DNA from: a virus
Lineage: Duplodnaviria > Caudoviricetes
DNA: 55,909 nucleotides
Strand: one strand, 5' to 3'
Virus record (IMG/VR): IMGVR_UViG_3300030106_007522
Location: 1 to 55,909 of that record
The position numbers were made by a program, and so were the translations under genes. Shown in pieces: positions 1-10,029 of this stretch (positions are counted from its first letter, which is position 1; each line of letters starts with the position of its first letter). The notes beneath the pieces were generated by a model. That model was given only the letters and a program-made list of their open reading frames with translations. It was not told where the DNA came from and searched no databases.

Positions 1-3000
1 CATAAAGTTGATTGACTGCACCGGTCAAAAAAGTTTCTGACAGGTTTATGGAGTTACCTTCTTTATTTGTGTGGGTGAGATATGCTTTGTTTTTTTCTGG
101 TATTCCGAAAAGAACAAAGGCACCACCGTTGTTATCTTGAGCGACAGCAGTAGAGGTGGAGGCATCATCTGCAGATTCAATCTCCAGATCCATATTTGCT
201 TCAATAACCTCATGTGTCGGAAAAGAACTAGTGACTCCGGAATACTCTGCAAACTTGTTCATCTGCACTTCGTCACGCAGAACAACATCCATATAGTAGG
301 TCTTATCCGCTTCTACCTCTGCAAACTCATTCTGAGGCTTAGAGATGAAGGAGTTCACTTCAGAGTTCTTTAGGAAGAAGTTTACACTCTCTGCAAGATA
401 ATTGTGAGAAGCGATCTCGAAGTATGGCTTCTTTTTGCCGTTCCATTTGCCGTAGTATAAACTAGAGTCAGCAAAGGAACCATCAGTTGTCTGGTGGGGA
501 TGTGCACCGACGAGGAAAACTCTCTCATCTCTTGGAAGGTTTTCATTCAAGTTGACAAGAGTCTCAAAAGGAAGTCTAGTGCTCGCTGTCACATCCGAGG
601 ACAAGACCAAAACATTTGTTGGATTGTCAGACAAAGATGCGGTTTCAGGCTGACTTGTATAAATTGGATAATCAACAGCAAGACCTGCCTTGGTGGTATT
701 GTAAAGAATACCTGGGGATGCAATTGTCTTTAGGATTGCCGCATGACCCTGAACCGGATCGGTGTCCAAGAATTGTTCTGCCTTCGAAGGATTGCCGGCA
801 ACAGTCAAGTACCCCTGGATATTAGGAGCGATAGATTGGCTCAGGAGATTTCCAAGCTGAACCGTTCTTGTATCTGGGTAGAATCCGTTGTATGGCAACA
901 ATTTCTTGACACCTGCTGCAGTTAGAGTTAATTTTCTAGGTCTTGAGTGTCCTGTGTGATCTTTTTTGATTTTGTCGAAATGTTCCATCTTCTCGGAATC
1001 CAAAATGGTGTCCTCGAAATCTGTATCGAAATTTACAGATGCCCTGGCTGCAGCCGAGGAACTATTCTCGTGACCAAGAAGCGTTAAGAATTTTTTATTG
1101 TCTGCTCGGAAGTTTCCGGCGGCATCTTCGATGTAATAGTCCATATGTTCAGAGATTCTGAATTCTGGGATGACTGATGCTTCTGGTAATAAACCTCTGG
1201 AGTTTTCTTGGTACAAATCATAACTGTCGTACCATCTTGTTTTGCCCGACATCTCCTCGACAAGTCTTTCGTTGTAATCCGTGTCGGTCGATGCAACATA
1301 GGCATGGTTTGTTTCAAAAAAGTTTAAATGAGGTCGTACATATCCATCTGGGTCTATCACGAAATGGGTTTCATCAAAGTCGTAGTTCATTTCTCCGACA
1401 TTACCATTGTGACCCGGTGCAGACAGGAAGCTGTTCGCACCATCCGTTTTCATTGGATCAAATGCCAGGGCATAAGTGAGAAGTCCTTGGGAATTCAAAG
1501 CTGAGCTGCTTCTTCTCCCCGTGGAACTATACATGGTGTTCTGTGAGCCGAATCTTCTATCATATCCATTTTCACCTGTTCCTGCAACTTCTGTGTAATT
1601 GCCCCTGATTCTTACTTTGCTCTTGAAAGCGTTCTTTGAGCGTGGGAAAACTGTTTCGCCGTAAGTCATGGAGACGAATCTCTTGACAGGGTTTGCAGGA
1701 TCATCGATGCTGCGATTGATGTAGTTGTCTTTTAGCTGTGTATATGATGTTCCCTCGTCAGAGCGAATGTAAGCAAACAGCTCATTGATCTCTTCATTTG
1801 AGTGCCGCACAAGCTCGTTGCCATATGGACTCTTTACTGTGTAGTTTTCGTCTGTGGAGTCGATGCCAATAACATGTTCCATTGGCTTGTGCTTTGCAAC
1901 AACTGCAGGCTCGGAAAACTGAGTTATAATATCTTTATTGTTTGCCGCTGCAAGGATACTGTTTTCTCTGTAATACCTAGAGAGCTTTAGGTTTCCGCCG
2001 CGAATCTGCTTCCAAGTGTTGTAGCCGTAGACAGAACCAGTGAAGTCGAAGTCTTGTGTGTTGTTGTCTTCGTCGAGATGGACACTGTTCATTGGCGAGT
2101 CGAAACCGATTGTGTCAGAATAGAATGTAATGTCGCTGCCTGTGGCAAAGCCTTGGAAATCTGAAATAGTATCTTCTGCCGAATCATTGATCCAGGAATA
2201 CTGAAGGGTGTTCTGTGGGATTGCATGAGTGACATTGGCATTGTCGTAATCTGTTCTCAAGTAAGAGAAAGATGCGTCGGTCATCTCCGAGGGACCGCCT
2301 AGTGCAGAGTCAAAATAAAGTTTTGCAGGTGCATCGACCACTACCGTTCTCTGCACGGTGCCATTTTGCAGATATTGCACCTGGTTGCCGTCGTAGACAA
2401 TTGAGAACACATCTGTAGGAGATGCAGGAAAACTTCCCTGAGAGACATCTGATTCGTAAATGACTGCGAGGGTGCCGCCTACCAAGAACCAAGCAAAATT
2501 TAAAGTATGAAAATCAGCATCCAATGGTGGATCATCATTTAGACTAAAGAAAAAATTCCCGCTTCCCCAAGTTGCTGATGCAGCGGCATATCGCGGTGAA
2601 CCATCTTGTGAGTAAAAGTGCTCAGTAAAACTGGAGACTCCGGGGTTTGTTACAGTGGTGCCAACCACGGTGAGATTGTCACCAACAACGAATTCATCCG
2701 AGTCTACCACCGCAGATATCAGCCCATCATAGTTTGGATTTCTGTTGACCGGGTGGTCCTGTGCACTGAACTGTTCATTGTGTGTTGTTAAATTCTCGTT
2801 GTTCTCTTCTCGAACATTTAAGTTTCTAAAGGGTGTTGCATTGTATGCCGAGTATTCTTCGCCGATTGGGTTCAAGAAACCACGAGACATTGTGTATCTG
2901 TCACCTGGTGAGGAAAAGCGGTTTACGAAAACATGGGCACTCGCAGAGGATGAAAGCTCTGGCATTGCATAATCTTCGAGACTGTTAGTGCCTGAGACAT

Positions 3001-3685
3001 TGAGAACAGGATTCTCACTTCTCGGGAACAGAGGATAAGTCACAGAATATGCAGCTGCACGTGCCTGACCTGGATTCAATGTTCTGCCAGAAGTGTGAAT
3101 GACATCTCTAGTCTGAGCAAAGTTACCTGGGCTTTGTTGTCTAATATTTTTAATGTTTACCGATCTCTTCGCATATTCGTCGCGATACAGGACGGGTCGA
3201 GTTGGTCGGCTAATGAAAAGAGTCCCTGCACCATTGGGAAGACCTGTTGTTATATCTCCATCTCCATCGATCTCCCAAACTGCGTCGTTATCTGCTGGTG
3301 GATCGAGAGGTTGAATGTTCCCACCTCCGTCAAGTTCAAACATTAAATCTGTTCCTGCAGGTGCACCAGCGATGGGGGTCACTTCTGTGGTTGTGGATTC
3401 GAAAAGAAAAGACTGTGGACTGCCGAAGGAAACTGAGAATGCTTCCATTCTATCTGCTTGTCCGACAGAGTGATGTCTGTGAGTGTTGCCACCTACGAAC
3501 TTGTTTGTAAATGTACCCTGTGCTGGTGGGTGTCTAAATTCTCCATAAGTATCTGTATGAAGATTGTTTATCTCTATGCCGCCAGTAAAGTTGGTGTGAA
3601 GCTCAGTTAAGTAGCCGCCTTCGGCAGAAGAACTGAACATGGTAAAGGGGGCAATGTTTTTTGAATTGTTTCCGTCGCTACTCAT
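1..3685 (-). CDS. Large virion structural protein (>1228 aa), partial, runs off the left edge
   Basis: ATG at 3685 (MSSDGNNSKNIAPFTMF...). I translated several stretches of this frame by hand (the start, about 2200-2660, and 1-960) and found no stop; it ends ...SETFLTGAVNQLY at base 2. It is absent from the ORF track, presumably because there is no stop codon in the window. It sits in the tail/baseplate block. Confidence 0.8.
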   Translation of the reverse strand, partial: MSSDGNNSKNIAPFTMFSSSAEGGYLTELHTNFTGGIEINNLHTDTYGEFRHPPAQGTFTNKFVGGNTHRHHSVGQADRMEAFSVSFGSPQSFLFESTTTEVTPIAGAPAGTDLMFELDGGGNIQPLDPPADNDAVWEIDGDGDITTGLPNGAGTLFISRPTRPVLYRDEYAKRSVNIKNIRQQSPGNFAQTRDVIHTSGRTLNPGQARAAAYSVTYPLFPRSENPVLNVSGTNSLEDYAMPELSSSASAHVFVNRFSSPGDRYTMSRGFLNPIGEEYSAYNATPFRNLNVREENNENLTTHNEQFSAQDHPVNRNPNYDGLISAVVDSDEFVVGDNLTVVGTTVTNPGVSSFTEHFYSQDGSPRYAAASATWGSGNFFFSLNDDPPLDADFHTLNFAWFLVGGTLAVIYESDVSQGSFPASPTDVFSIVYDGNQVQYLQNGTVQRTVVVDAPAKLYFDSALGGPSEMTDASFSYLRTDYDNANVTHAIPQNTLQYSWINDSAEDTISDFQGFATGSDITFYSDTIGFDSPMNSVHLDEDNNTQDFDFTGSVYGYNTWKQIRGGNLKLSRYYRENSILAAANNKDIITQFSEPAVVAKHKPMEHVIGIDSTDENYTVKSPYGNELVRHSNEEINELFAYIRSDEGTSYTQLKDNYINRSIDDPANPVKRFVSMTYGETVFPRSKNAFKSKVRIRGNYTEVAGTGENGYDRRFGSQNTMYSSTGRRSSSALNSQGLLTYALAFDPMKTDGANSFLSAPGHNGNVGEMNYDFDETHFVIDPDGYVRPHLNFFETNHAYVASTDTDYNERLVEEMSGKTRWYDSYDLYQENSRGLLPEASVIPEFRISEHMDYYIEDAAGNFRADNKKFLTLLGHENSSSAAARASVNFDTDFEDTILDSEKMEHFDKIKKDHTGHSRPRKLTLTAAGVKKLLPYNGFYPDTRTVQLGNLLSQSIAPNIQGYLTVAGNPSKAEQFLDTDPVQGHAAILKTIASPGILYNTTKAGLAVDYPIYTSQPETASLSDNPTNVLVLSSDVTASTRLPFETLVNLNENLPRDERVFLVGAHPHQTTDGSFADSSLYYGKWNGKKKPYFEIASHNYLAESVNFFLKNSEVNSFISKPQNEFAEVEADKTYYMDVVLRDEVQMNKFAEYSGVTSSFPTHEVIEANMDLEIESADDASTSTAVAQDNNGGAFVLFGIPEKNKAYLTHTNKEGNSINLSETFLTGAVNQLY

Positions 3686-3766
3686 GAGTTATTGTAACAC
3701 CTTTTGATTTGCCTTTAAAAGCAATATTTGCACTAATAAATATCCAAATGTCTCAAAAGTGTCTTT

Positions 3767-6466
3767 TTATTCTTCTTCAATGAAAGTCTCGCCAGTTATC
3801 TCTTCCAGCTTGCGAATCATCTTTTCCATTCGAATGCGAACAACTTTGCCAGTTCTGGTGTTTCTGGAGAAATATTGCCACTCACCTTCCTCGTCGTGAG
3901 GAGAGATTTGTGTTTCGTTTCCGCCAGTATCCATAACATACATTTCACCAGACTTTGCATAGAGGTGAGCTGCGTTTGATGGGGTCGGTGGTGCAGTTGT
4001 GTCGTCCATCGTGAGGAGGTCGCCAGAGCCGCTGATAAACGATGTCGTTGCATCTTCGACCGTAAACACATTGTTACCGCTGTCGGTGTCACACCTAAGA
4101 GCCTTGGCAGATGAGGAAATGTTTACCTGAGAATCTGTGCCTGGAAAGCTAATACCTGATGAGGGCTTAAAGTGTGTTAGAGCCTTCGACTGTGCGTTAT
4201 CATACAGATGGACAGCTGCGATGCCAGTGTTTCCACTGCTGTTGCCGCCGTAAATTGTAAAATTGAAACCATCTGTGGCAATCTTACCAACAGTGGTGTT
4301 GGATCGTTTAAGCATAATCCAGTTTGGATTTGGACCATCGATAATGATTTCTGAATTGTTTGTTCCCGCTGCATCAACGAGGAGAGTTCCGATGATCTGG
4401 TGATTTTCTTCTGGATCTTCCGTACCGGCATAAAGGGCGCCGGAGATGTTCACAGAACCTGTAAATTGGTGAGTGTCTGTTGAAAGCTCTCCAAGCTTTG
4501 TTGATCCTGAGACTGAAAACTGTGCATCAGGGAGGGATGCGATGTCATAACTGACCCCTACTTTTTGTTCACTTCTATCAACGACAAATGTGTCTGGACT
4601 TGCATTAAGTCCAACAGATAAATCATTGTAAATAAACATTCCGAGATTACTGATTTGGTAGGTCGGGCTTCCGATTCCTGGTGCATGATAGCTCGTTGCA
4701 TAGATCGTTGGTGTATGAACTTCGGAGCCTGTGATGCCGAGGGAGGCAGAGAAATCACCTGTAACATTAACTGAACCGGAAACTTCTGGTTTCATTTCTA
4801 TGTTGCCACCACTAGCAGACAATATAATGTCACTTGTGGCCAGCATCATTAAATCACCGCCGCCTTCTTGTTCTATGCTACCAATTGTGGCACCGTTTCC
4901 TTTTTGAATTGTAAGGCCATCGGATTCTCTAATGATGAGAGAGCCTGTGATTTCTGCATTGCCGTCGTGTGTGCCGTCCCATTCACCAGTTACACCAGTT
5001 AGACCAGAGCCGTCGCCGACGAAGGAAGAAGCTGTGATGCCGAGGGAGGCTGATAGAACACCTGCAACTGCAACTTTACCTGCTGCGTTTGGAGTGATGT
5101 TTACATCTGTGCCGGATGCTTCAACAGATGCTGCACCGTTAGACATGAAAGCTTGACTGTTGGGAGCCACAATTCCCGTTGGTACACCAAATTCTCCGAC
5201 GAGGAGTACACCTCCGCCAGAATGCTGCAAAGAGCCTGAAGCGGTGCCGTCTTGACCATAAAGATACAAACCTCCGCCAGCATACATATCTATCGTGCCG
5301 CTGTGGACCGATGAGCCGTGTATGTGAAATGGACCAGAGTGGATACCAGATGCTGTGATGGCATTAGTGACCTCTACATCTGTAACCTTAAATATCTCCG
5401 TGTTTGGATTGTAAACCAGTCCAGTATCCACATAAACCTGTTCATATCCAGAGCCGATATTATCAACAAAGGCAACTCTAAAATCTGCACTTCCCGCAGG
5501 GTTTTCAACGACATCTATTTTATCAGCATTGGAGGCGGTGGTGGCGGTAATGCCTGAAAGGTTGGAGCCGTCTCCCCAGAATGAAGATGCGGAAACTTCC
5601 TGTGATGCCGAAATGTTTCCAACGACATCAAGAGTTTTTGCTGGGGTTGTGGTGCCAATGCCAAGATTACCAGAAAAATCCAAAAACATTACTGGGTGTT
5701 CTGAATCTGTGTCGTTGGATACATACCAAATAAATTGATTGTCGCCACCTGCGCCGCCATAGCCGGCTGTAAACCTAGAGCAATCATAAGTGGTGTCGTA
5801 TCCGAAAGATGTATATCTGCTGTGTCCCGAACCATAACTCGAAGGGCGAGCATAAAAAAGAAGATCATCTGTTGTAGGGTCAATGCCGTTTACAAGGAAA
5901 TAGCTAGTATTTGCAGTGACATAACTGCCGGCACTAATGTTGGAGGAGGGGCCGGAGAGGGTTGACCCATACTGAGAACTCAGGGATATAGTCGTGCCTT
6001 CGACATAAACGGCGCCGCCTGTGCCAAAAATAGGATCTTCTGCTCCGCCGACGATGAGGATGTCAGTCCCTGAAGAACCAGAGAGCGCCAGTGTTTTAAG
6101 AAGGACACCCGGTGGGGCTCCGAACGGGTTTTCTGTGCGGTAGGTGAAGTTAGCCGAGGCACTTCCTGAAGAGTCAGTTACGGTTAAGAAATCGTGCTGA
6201 ATTGCACTACCACTAGGTGTTGAACTGGTGGCTTGTAATGTCACACCATAGTCGCTATAAACAGCTGCGGAACCTGTAAAGATGTGAGTGTCGTCGGTCG
6301 AATCACCAAACTTGGTTGAGCCTTCTGAGTAAATCTCACTGGTCATTGTCGTTGTTTGGATATGATCGAAGGAACCTGTAACTGCCTGGACCTTGCTCCA
6401 TTTTTTGGAAGATGTACCTAATTCACCTTCGCCGTCTGCTCTTGGTACGATATTCTTTGTTGCCAT
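3767..6466 (-). CDS. Tail fibre-like Gly/Ser/Thr-rich structural protein
   Basis: 899 aa with repeated fibre motifs (GSTKxGxxxxDTHxFTGS x2, ASSFxGDGSxLxG x2, SASLGIT x2, GNLGIGTTTP). GGAGG RBS upstream. Confidence 0.75.
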   Translation of the reverse strand: MATKNIVPRADGEGELGTSSKKWSKVQAVTGSFDHIQTTTMTSEIYSEGSTKFGDSTDDTHIFTGSAAVYSDYGVTLQATSSTPSGSAIQHDFLTVTDSSGSASANFTYRTENPFGAPPGVLLKTLALSGSSGTDILIVGGAEDPIFGTGGAVYVEGTTISLSSQYGSTLSGPSSNISAGSYVTANTSYFLVNGIDPTTDDLLFYARPSSYGSGHSRYTSFGYDTTYDCSRFTAGYGGAGGDNQFIWYVSNDTDSEHPVMFLDFSGNLGIGTTTPAKTLDVVGNISASQEVSASSFWGDGSNLSGITATTASNADKIDVVENPAGSADFRVAFVDNIGSGYEQVYVDTGLVYNPNTEIFKVTDVEVTNAITASGIHSGPFHIHGSSVHSGTIDMYAGGGLYLYGQDGTASGSLQHSGGGVLLVGEFGVPTGIVAPNSQAFMSNGAASVEASGTDVNITPNAAGKVAVAGVLSASLGITASSFVGDGSGLTGVTGEWDGTHDGNAEITGSLIIRESDGLTIQKGNGATIGSIEQEGGGDLMMLATSDIILSASGGNIEMKPEVSGSVNVTGDFSASLGITGSEVHTPTIYATSYHAPGIGSPTYQISNLGMFIYNDLSVGLNASPDTFVVDRSEQKVGVSYDIASLPDAQFSVSGSTKLGELSTDTHQFTGSVNISGALYAGTEDPEENHQIIGTLLVDAAGTNNSEIIIDGPNPNWIMLKRSNTTVGKIATDGFNFTIYGGNSSGNTGIAAVHLYDNAQSKALTHFKPSSGISFPGTDSQVNISSSAKALRCDTDSGNNVFTVEDATTSFISGSGDLLTMDDTTAPPTPSNAAHLYAKSGEMYVMDTGGNETQISPHDEEGEWQYFSRNTRTGKVVRIRMEKMIRKLEEITGETFIEEE

Positions 6467-6504
6467 GCTTGTTCCTCCGCACTAATATACGGTAAATAGT
6501 GTGT

Positions 6505-9500
6505 TTAACTTATTTTAAAAGTAATTTTGGTCTTTCCGATTGGTCCGACGGATGTCGATGTCAAGTTACTTGTGCCAACTTCATAGTTTGCAGCCACAAC
6601 ATCTGCCGTCTGCTTTTCTTCTGTTCTGCTCGTTAGTTCGTCAGCCTTGAATGTTTGGTTGCTTTTTGCTCTGTTGTTCACAACATTGAGAAGCTGTCTT
6701 CTGTTCTCATCGATTGCGACAATACCGGTGGAAGCATCTTCTGGAATTTCATTTAAGATTCTCTCATCCCACGCATCTCCATTGTAAGAATTTTCATCTT
6801 CTAACGATGGTGATGGTGCTGTTGATGCAATACCCTCGATTATTCTAGAGTTTCTTACCGCGAATGTCGGTGCCTTGTGTTCGTGCTTGCTTCTTTCTAG
6901 AATGTGGCTCTCGATCACATTAAGAGGTCCGTCAATAACGGTGGCTGCAGCAGGGAGCACTTGGCGGAGCATCATGACGATACTGTCGTCGATCCACTTA
7001 AAGTATTCAAAGTATCTCTCTGCGTTTGTGTCATTTTGCATTCTGCTGAAAAATTCATTTCTCATCATTTCAAGTGCATTATACTTCTCTGCATATTTAT
7101 CATGCCCGTTGGCAAACATAGAAGCAATGTCTCTTGTTGCGGAAAAGAAACGAAGAATCTCGTCAGAAATAACCTGATAATAACTGTTCTCCACAGAAAA
7201 CACATGGTTCACTGGATTGGAGAATGTGTCACTTATTTCCTCTGCCTGAGACAATGCATTGACCATTGCTGCACCATTACTTGCCTCTGGGGAGGTTCTG
7301 TTGTAAGTGTTAATAAACTCTGATTTTACAAACTCCGTGCTGGAGGTTGGGAAGCCTGTTCCTGTTCCAGGATGATTCGTATTGTATGATCCGTAATCAA
7401 TGGAACCAGATGCTGCATCGAGAACTGTGAATTCGCCTGCTCCATCGGAACCAGTTACGAGGGTAAAATCCCAATGTAACTTAAGAGTGTTGATCGCTGG
7501 CATATCAAAGGATTCGCTAAATAACTTTTGATGAGGATTCGCAAGACCATAGTTCTTTGCGTCGATGGCATGAGATTCAATCTCTGCACTCGTCAATGCT
7601 TTTTCCCAGTAACGAACACTAGAAACGGTTGCATCACTGCGATTTTCTACAACACCAGACAGGCTCTCCCTCTTTGCACCTGCATACAATCCCTTGGATG
7701 CTGCATGGAAGTCGTCACCATCTGCTTCGATGATGATTCCTGCTACTTCAAAAGAGTTTTCGACTCTGCCGTTGTTCGCATTAACACCCTGGAAGCTAAC
7801 TGTGTAGTTCCCTGTTGTATCAACATCATCAGGTTGCACCTTGACTGCGAACACCCAACGGTCGTTGTCGTACACATCGCCATAAACTGAGGATGTTAAA
7901 TCGATGCCCAACTCGGAAGATGTCAATTGAAAATAAGCATTTGGTCCGTTTCTCTGCTCTCTTACACAATATACATGCAGATCATTACCGTTTGATGCGG
8001 AAAGACCGAAAAGAGATGAGCTCATGAAAGAGACATCGAAATAATGAGGGGAGTCAACATTCTTCTGTTTCGGGAAGTAAATGTCTGCCTCCAGTGTTGT
8101 TCCGTGAAGCTGACCGAAATCTCCAGAAGCAGAGATGTCTGCCTGTGTGTAGACTGTGCCTTCATGCAAATCTGCACCATTCATCGAAACCATTCTCTTC
8201 TTGTTCACGGCTTCAGTGTATGTATCTTTAAGTTCGTAGCTCTCACCGTTGCTGTAAACATTTAATTTCAAAAGCCTCTCGTCGACGCCAAAGCATCTTG
8301 CAAGGTTTCTAAATGATTTTTCTGTTCCCTTCGAACTCATGATGAAAGGAATGTTATTATAAATGTTTTGGTAGATGAGGTTCTTTGTGTCGTTTAATTT
8401 GTTGTCGTAATCCTCTTTCTCGCTGCGATCCATAAATCGCTCAAGGACAGAAGACTGGACAAAGAAATCTGTTGTTTCAAAACCCATGTTCTGAATATTC
8501 TTTTGAACAAAGTTGTAGGGCTTCTCTGAGCCACTTGGGTATTGATTTGATTTTAAATTCTTCAGTTCTGACACTTGGTTTTGAAAGGTGTCAAAATAAG
8601 AAGACATGATCTGTGTAAGCTTAAATAAGTTTCCTGTCTCGCGATCTTCTTCTCTCATCCACATTGGCATTGCTGCATAAATGGAGGAGTTGTTCTGCTG
8701 ATCGTACTGTGACCCTGTGGTCTTCTTTGAATCGATTAGCGACATGACATCAGTGTGCCTGGAGTATATAATAGGATCTTTGAACTCGGATGTTGTTTCT
8801 CCCGACAAAACCATTGCTGATCCTGTTTGACGTGCGGCAGAAGAATAGCCTGTCCACACACCGTTGGAGATTCTGCCTGAGTAATCGAGGATGGTTGCAT
8901 CCTGTTCTGTGTTCATGATCCCTTCGTTGAACTTATAGTAAACACCGAGGTCAGTATTTGCATCGTCTGTATTTGTGCCGCCGAATACCTGAGTGTTGTA
9001 GCTGATGCCGATCTGTTCTGCAGTTCGTGCGGTCTTCCAAAATCGAAATTCGTCAATGGATGCTGAGAGCTTATTCCACCCAACAACATTGGTCAGTGCG
9101 GTGCCATCAGCTGCACTGCCTGCATAGTAGGAACCGATAGTAGCGTTGAATGTTCCTTCAAGCTCGGTGGTGCTTGTTCCTGTGGTTGTTCCCATTGATG
9201 TGCCGTCAATGTATAAGGTCGCAGTGCCGTCACTAATAGTAATAGCGTAGTGGTGCCAATTGCCGTCAATGATGTCGGCACCATCAACAGGAAGGGTCAC
9301 GGTTGTAAGACCTGCTGTACCGGAGAGATAGGTCAGACCGAGAGGGGTTATTGTGTCTTCAAGAAAAACACAGAATCTCCCATAATCCGCATCACCAGAA
9401 ACAGAACCAGAGTTCCACATATCAAAGATGACTTCTTGTTTGCCGCCGTTTGCAAATGCGGCTTTTTTCAGCCAAAACTCGATGGTGTTACCAGCACCGA

Positions 9501-10029
9501 GGGTGAGGTTTGATTCTCTGGACTTATCTTCATCGAGGATGTTTGATTTGCCGCCGAACTCAGGAAAGAGATTGGCAAGAGTAGATGCTGCGGAGTCAGT
9601 GTTTGGTCCGCCTTTGATGAGGATATATTCCTTGTCGTCTGGTAATATATGGTTGGCCGGTCCAGCTCCTGCGCCCCAACCATCATGAGAAAAAGTGATA
9701 TGCCCGTTTGTTCGTGGATACTCGTTCTCGAACAAGTGATTTCCAAGACCGCTTGCAGTCAGATGCCATTGGGTCTTCTCGAACTTAGATCCATCGTAAG
9801 GATAATTCTCGTAAATGTTTTCTATTGCTCGTGTGTAGTATTCATAGGCAGATCCGTAGGTCACAAACTTCGATGGATCTGTGTAGTCCACTTTAGGTTC
9901 GATGGTGCCTTCAAGCTCGTCAACGGCTTTGACAACTTTGTATGATTCGAATTCTGATTCGAGTTCCTGCCGATTCTTTGACGAGATTGGCTTAGAACTC
10001 TTCTTTCCAAAAAGATCGCTGATGCTCAT
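6505..10029 (-). CDS. Virion protein with LamG/concanavalin A-like domains (baseplate/tail associated)
   Basis: 1174 aa. LamG-type motifs TIEFWLK, DGNWHHYAITI, LYIDG, SIDEFRFWKTART, plus a second degenerate copy (SSVRYWEKALT, LKLHWDF). Translationally coupled to the upstream gene (TAATG). Confidence 0.7.
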   Translation of the reverse strand: MSISDLFGKKSSKPISSKNRQELESEFESYKVVKAVDELEGTIEPKVDYTDPSKFVTYGSAYEYYTRAIENIYENYPYDGSKFEKTQWHLTASGLGNHLFENEYPRTNGHITFSHDGWGAGAGPANHILPDDKEYILIKGGPNTDSAASTLANLFPEFGGKSNILDEDKSRESNLTLGAGNTIEFWLKKAAFANGGKQEVIFDMWNSGSVSGDADYGRFCVFLEDTITPLGLTYLSGTAGLTTVTLPVDGADIIDGNWHHYAITISDGTATLYIDGTSMGTTTGTSTTELEGTFNATIGSYYAGSAADGTALTNVVGWNKLSASIDEFRFWKTARTAEQIGISYNTQVFGGTNTDDANTDLGVYYKFNEGIMNTEQDATILDYSGRISNGVWTGYSSAARQTGSAMVLSGETTSEFKDPIIYSRHTDVMSLIDSKKTTGSQYDQQNNSSIYAAMPMWMREEDRETGNLFKLTQIMSSYFDTFQNQVSELKNLKSNQYPSGSEKPYNFVQKNIQNMGFETTDFFVQSSVLERFMDRSEKEDYDNKLNDTKNLIYQNIYNNIPFIMSSKGTEKSFRNLARCFGVDERLLKLNVYSNGESYELKDTYTEAVNKKRMVSMNGADLHEGTVYTQADISASGDFGQLHGTTLEADIYFPKQKNVDSPHYFDVSFMSSSLFGLSASNGNDLHVYCVREQRNGPNAYFQLTSSELGIDLTSSVYGDVYDNDRWVFAVKVQPDDVDTTGNYTVSFQGVNANNGRVENSFEVAGIIIEADGDDFHAASKGLYAGAKRESLSGVVENRSDATVSSVRYWEKALTSAEIESHAIDAKNYGLANPHQKLFSESFDMPAINTLKLHWDFTLVTGSDGAGEFTVLDAASGSIDYGSYNTNHPGTGTGFPTSSTEFVKSEFINTYNRTSPEASNGAAMVNALSQAEEISDTFSNPVNHVFSVENSYYQVISDEILRFFSATRDIASMFANGHDKYAEKYNALEMMRNEFFSRMQNDTNAERYFEYFKWIDDSIVMMLRQVLPAAATVIDGPLNVIESHILERSKHEHKAPTFAVRNSRIIEGIASTAPSPSLEDENSYNGDAWDERILNEIPEDASTGIVAIDENRRQLLNVVNNRAKSNQTFKADELTSRTEEKQTADVVAANYEVGTSNLTSTSVGPIGKTKITFKIS

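Noticed and set aside
46-3510. Many short ORFs listed in the first 3.5 kb
   Set aside because: They are shadows of the single long minus-strand frame starting at 3685.
4730-5050. Direct repeat ctgtgatgccgagggaggc in the fibre gene as a DGR or invertase signal
   Set aside because: It is explained by the repeated peptide SASLGIT. There is no reverse transcriptase, no adenine-specific variation and no invertase in the window.
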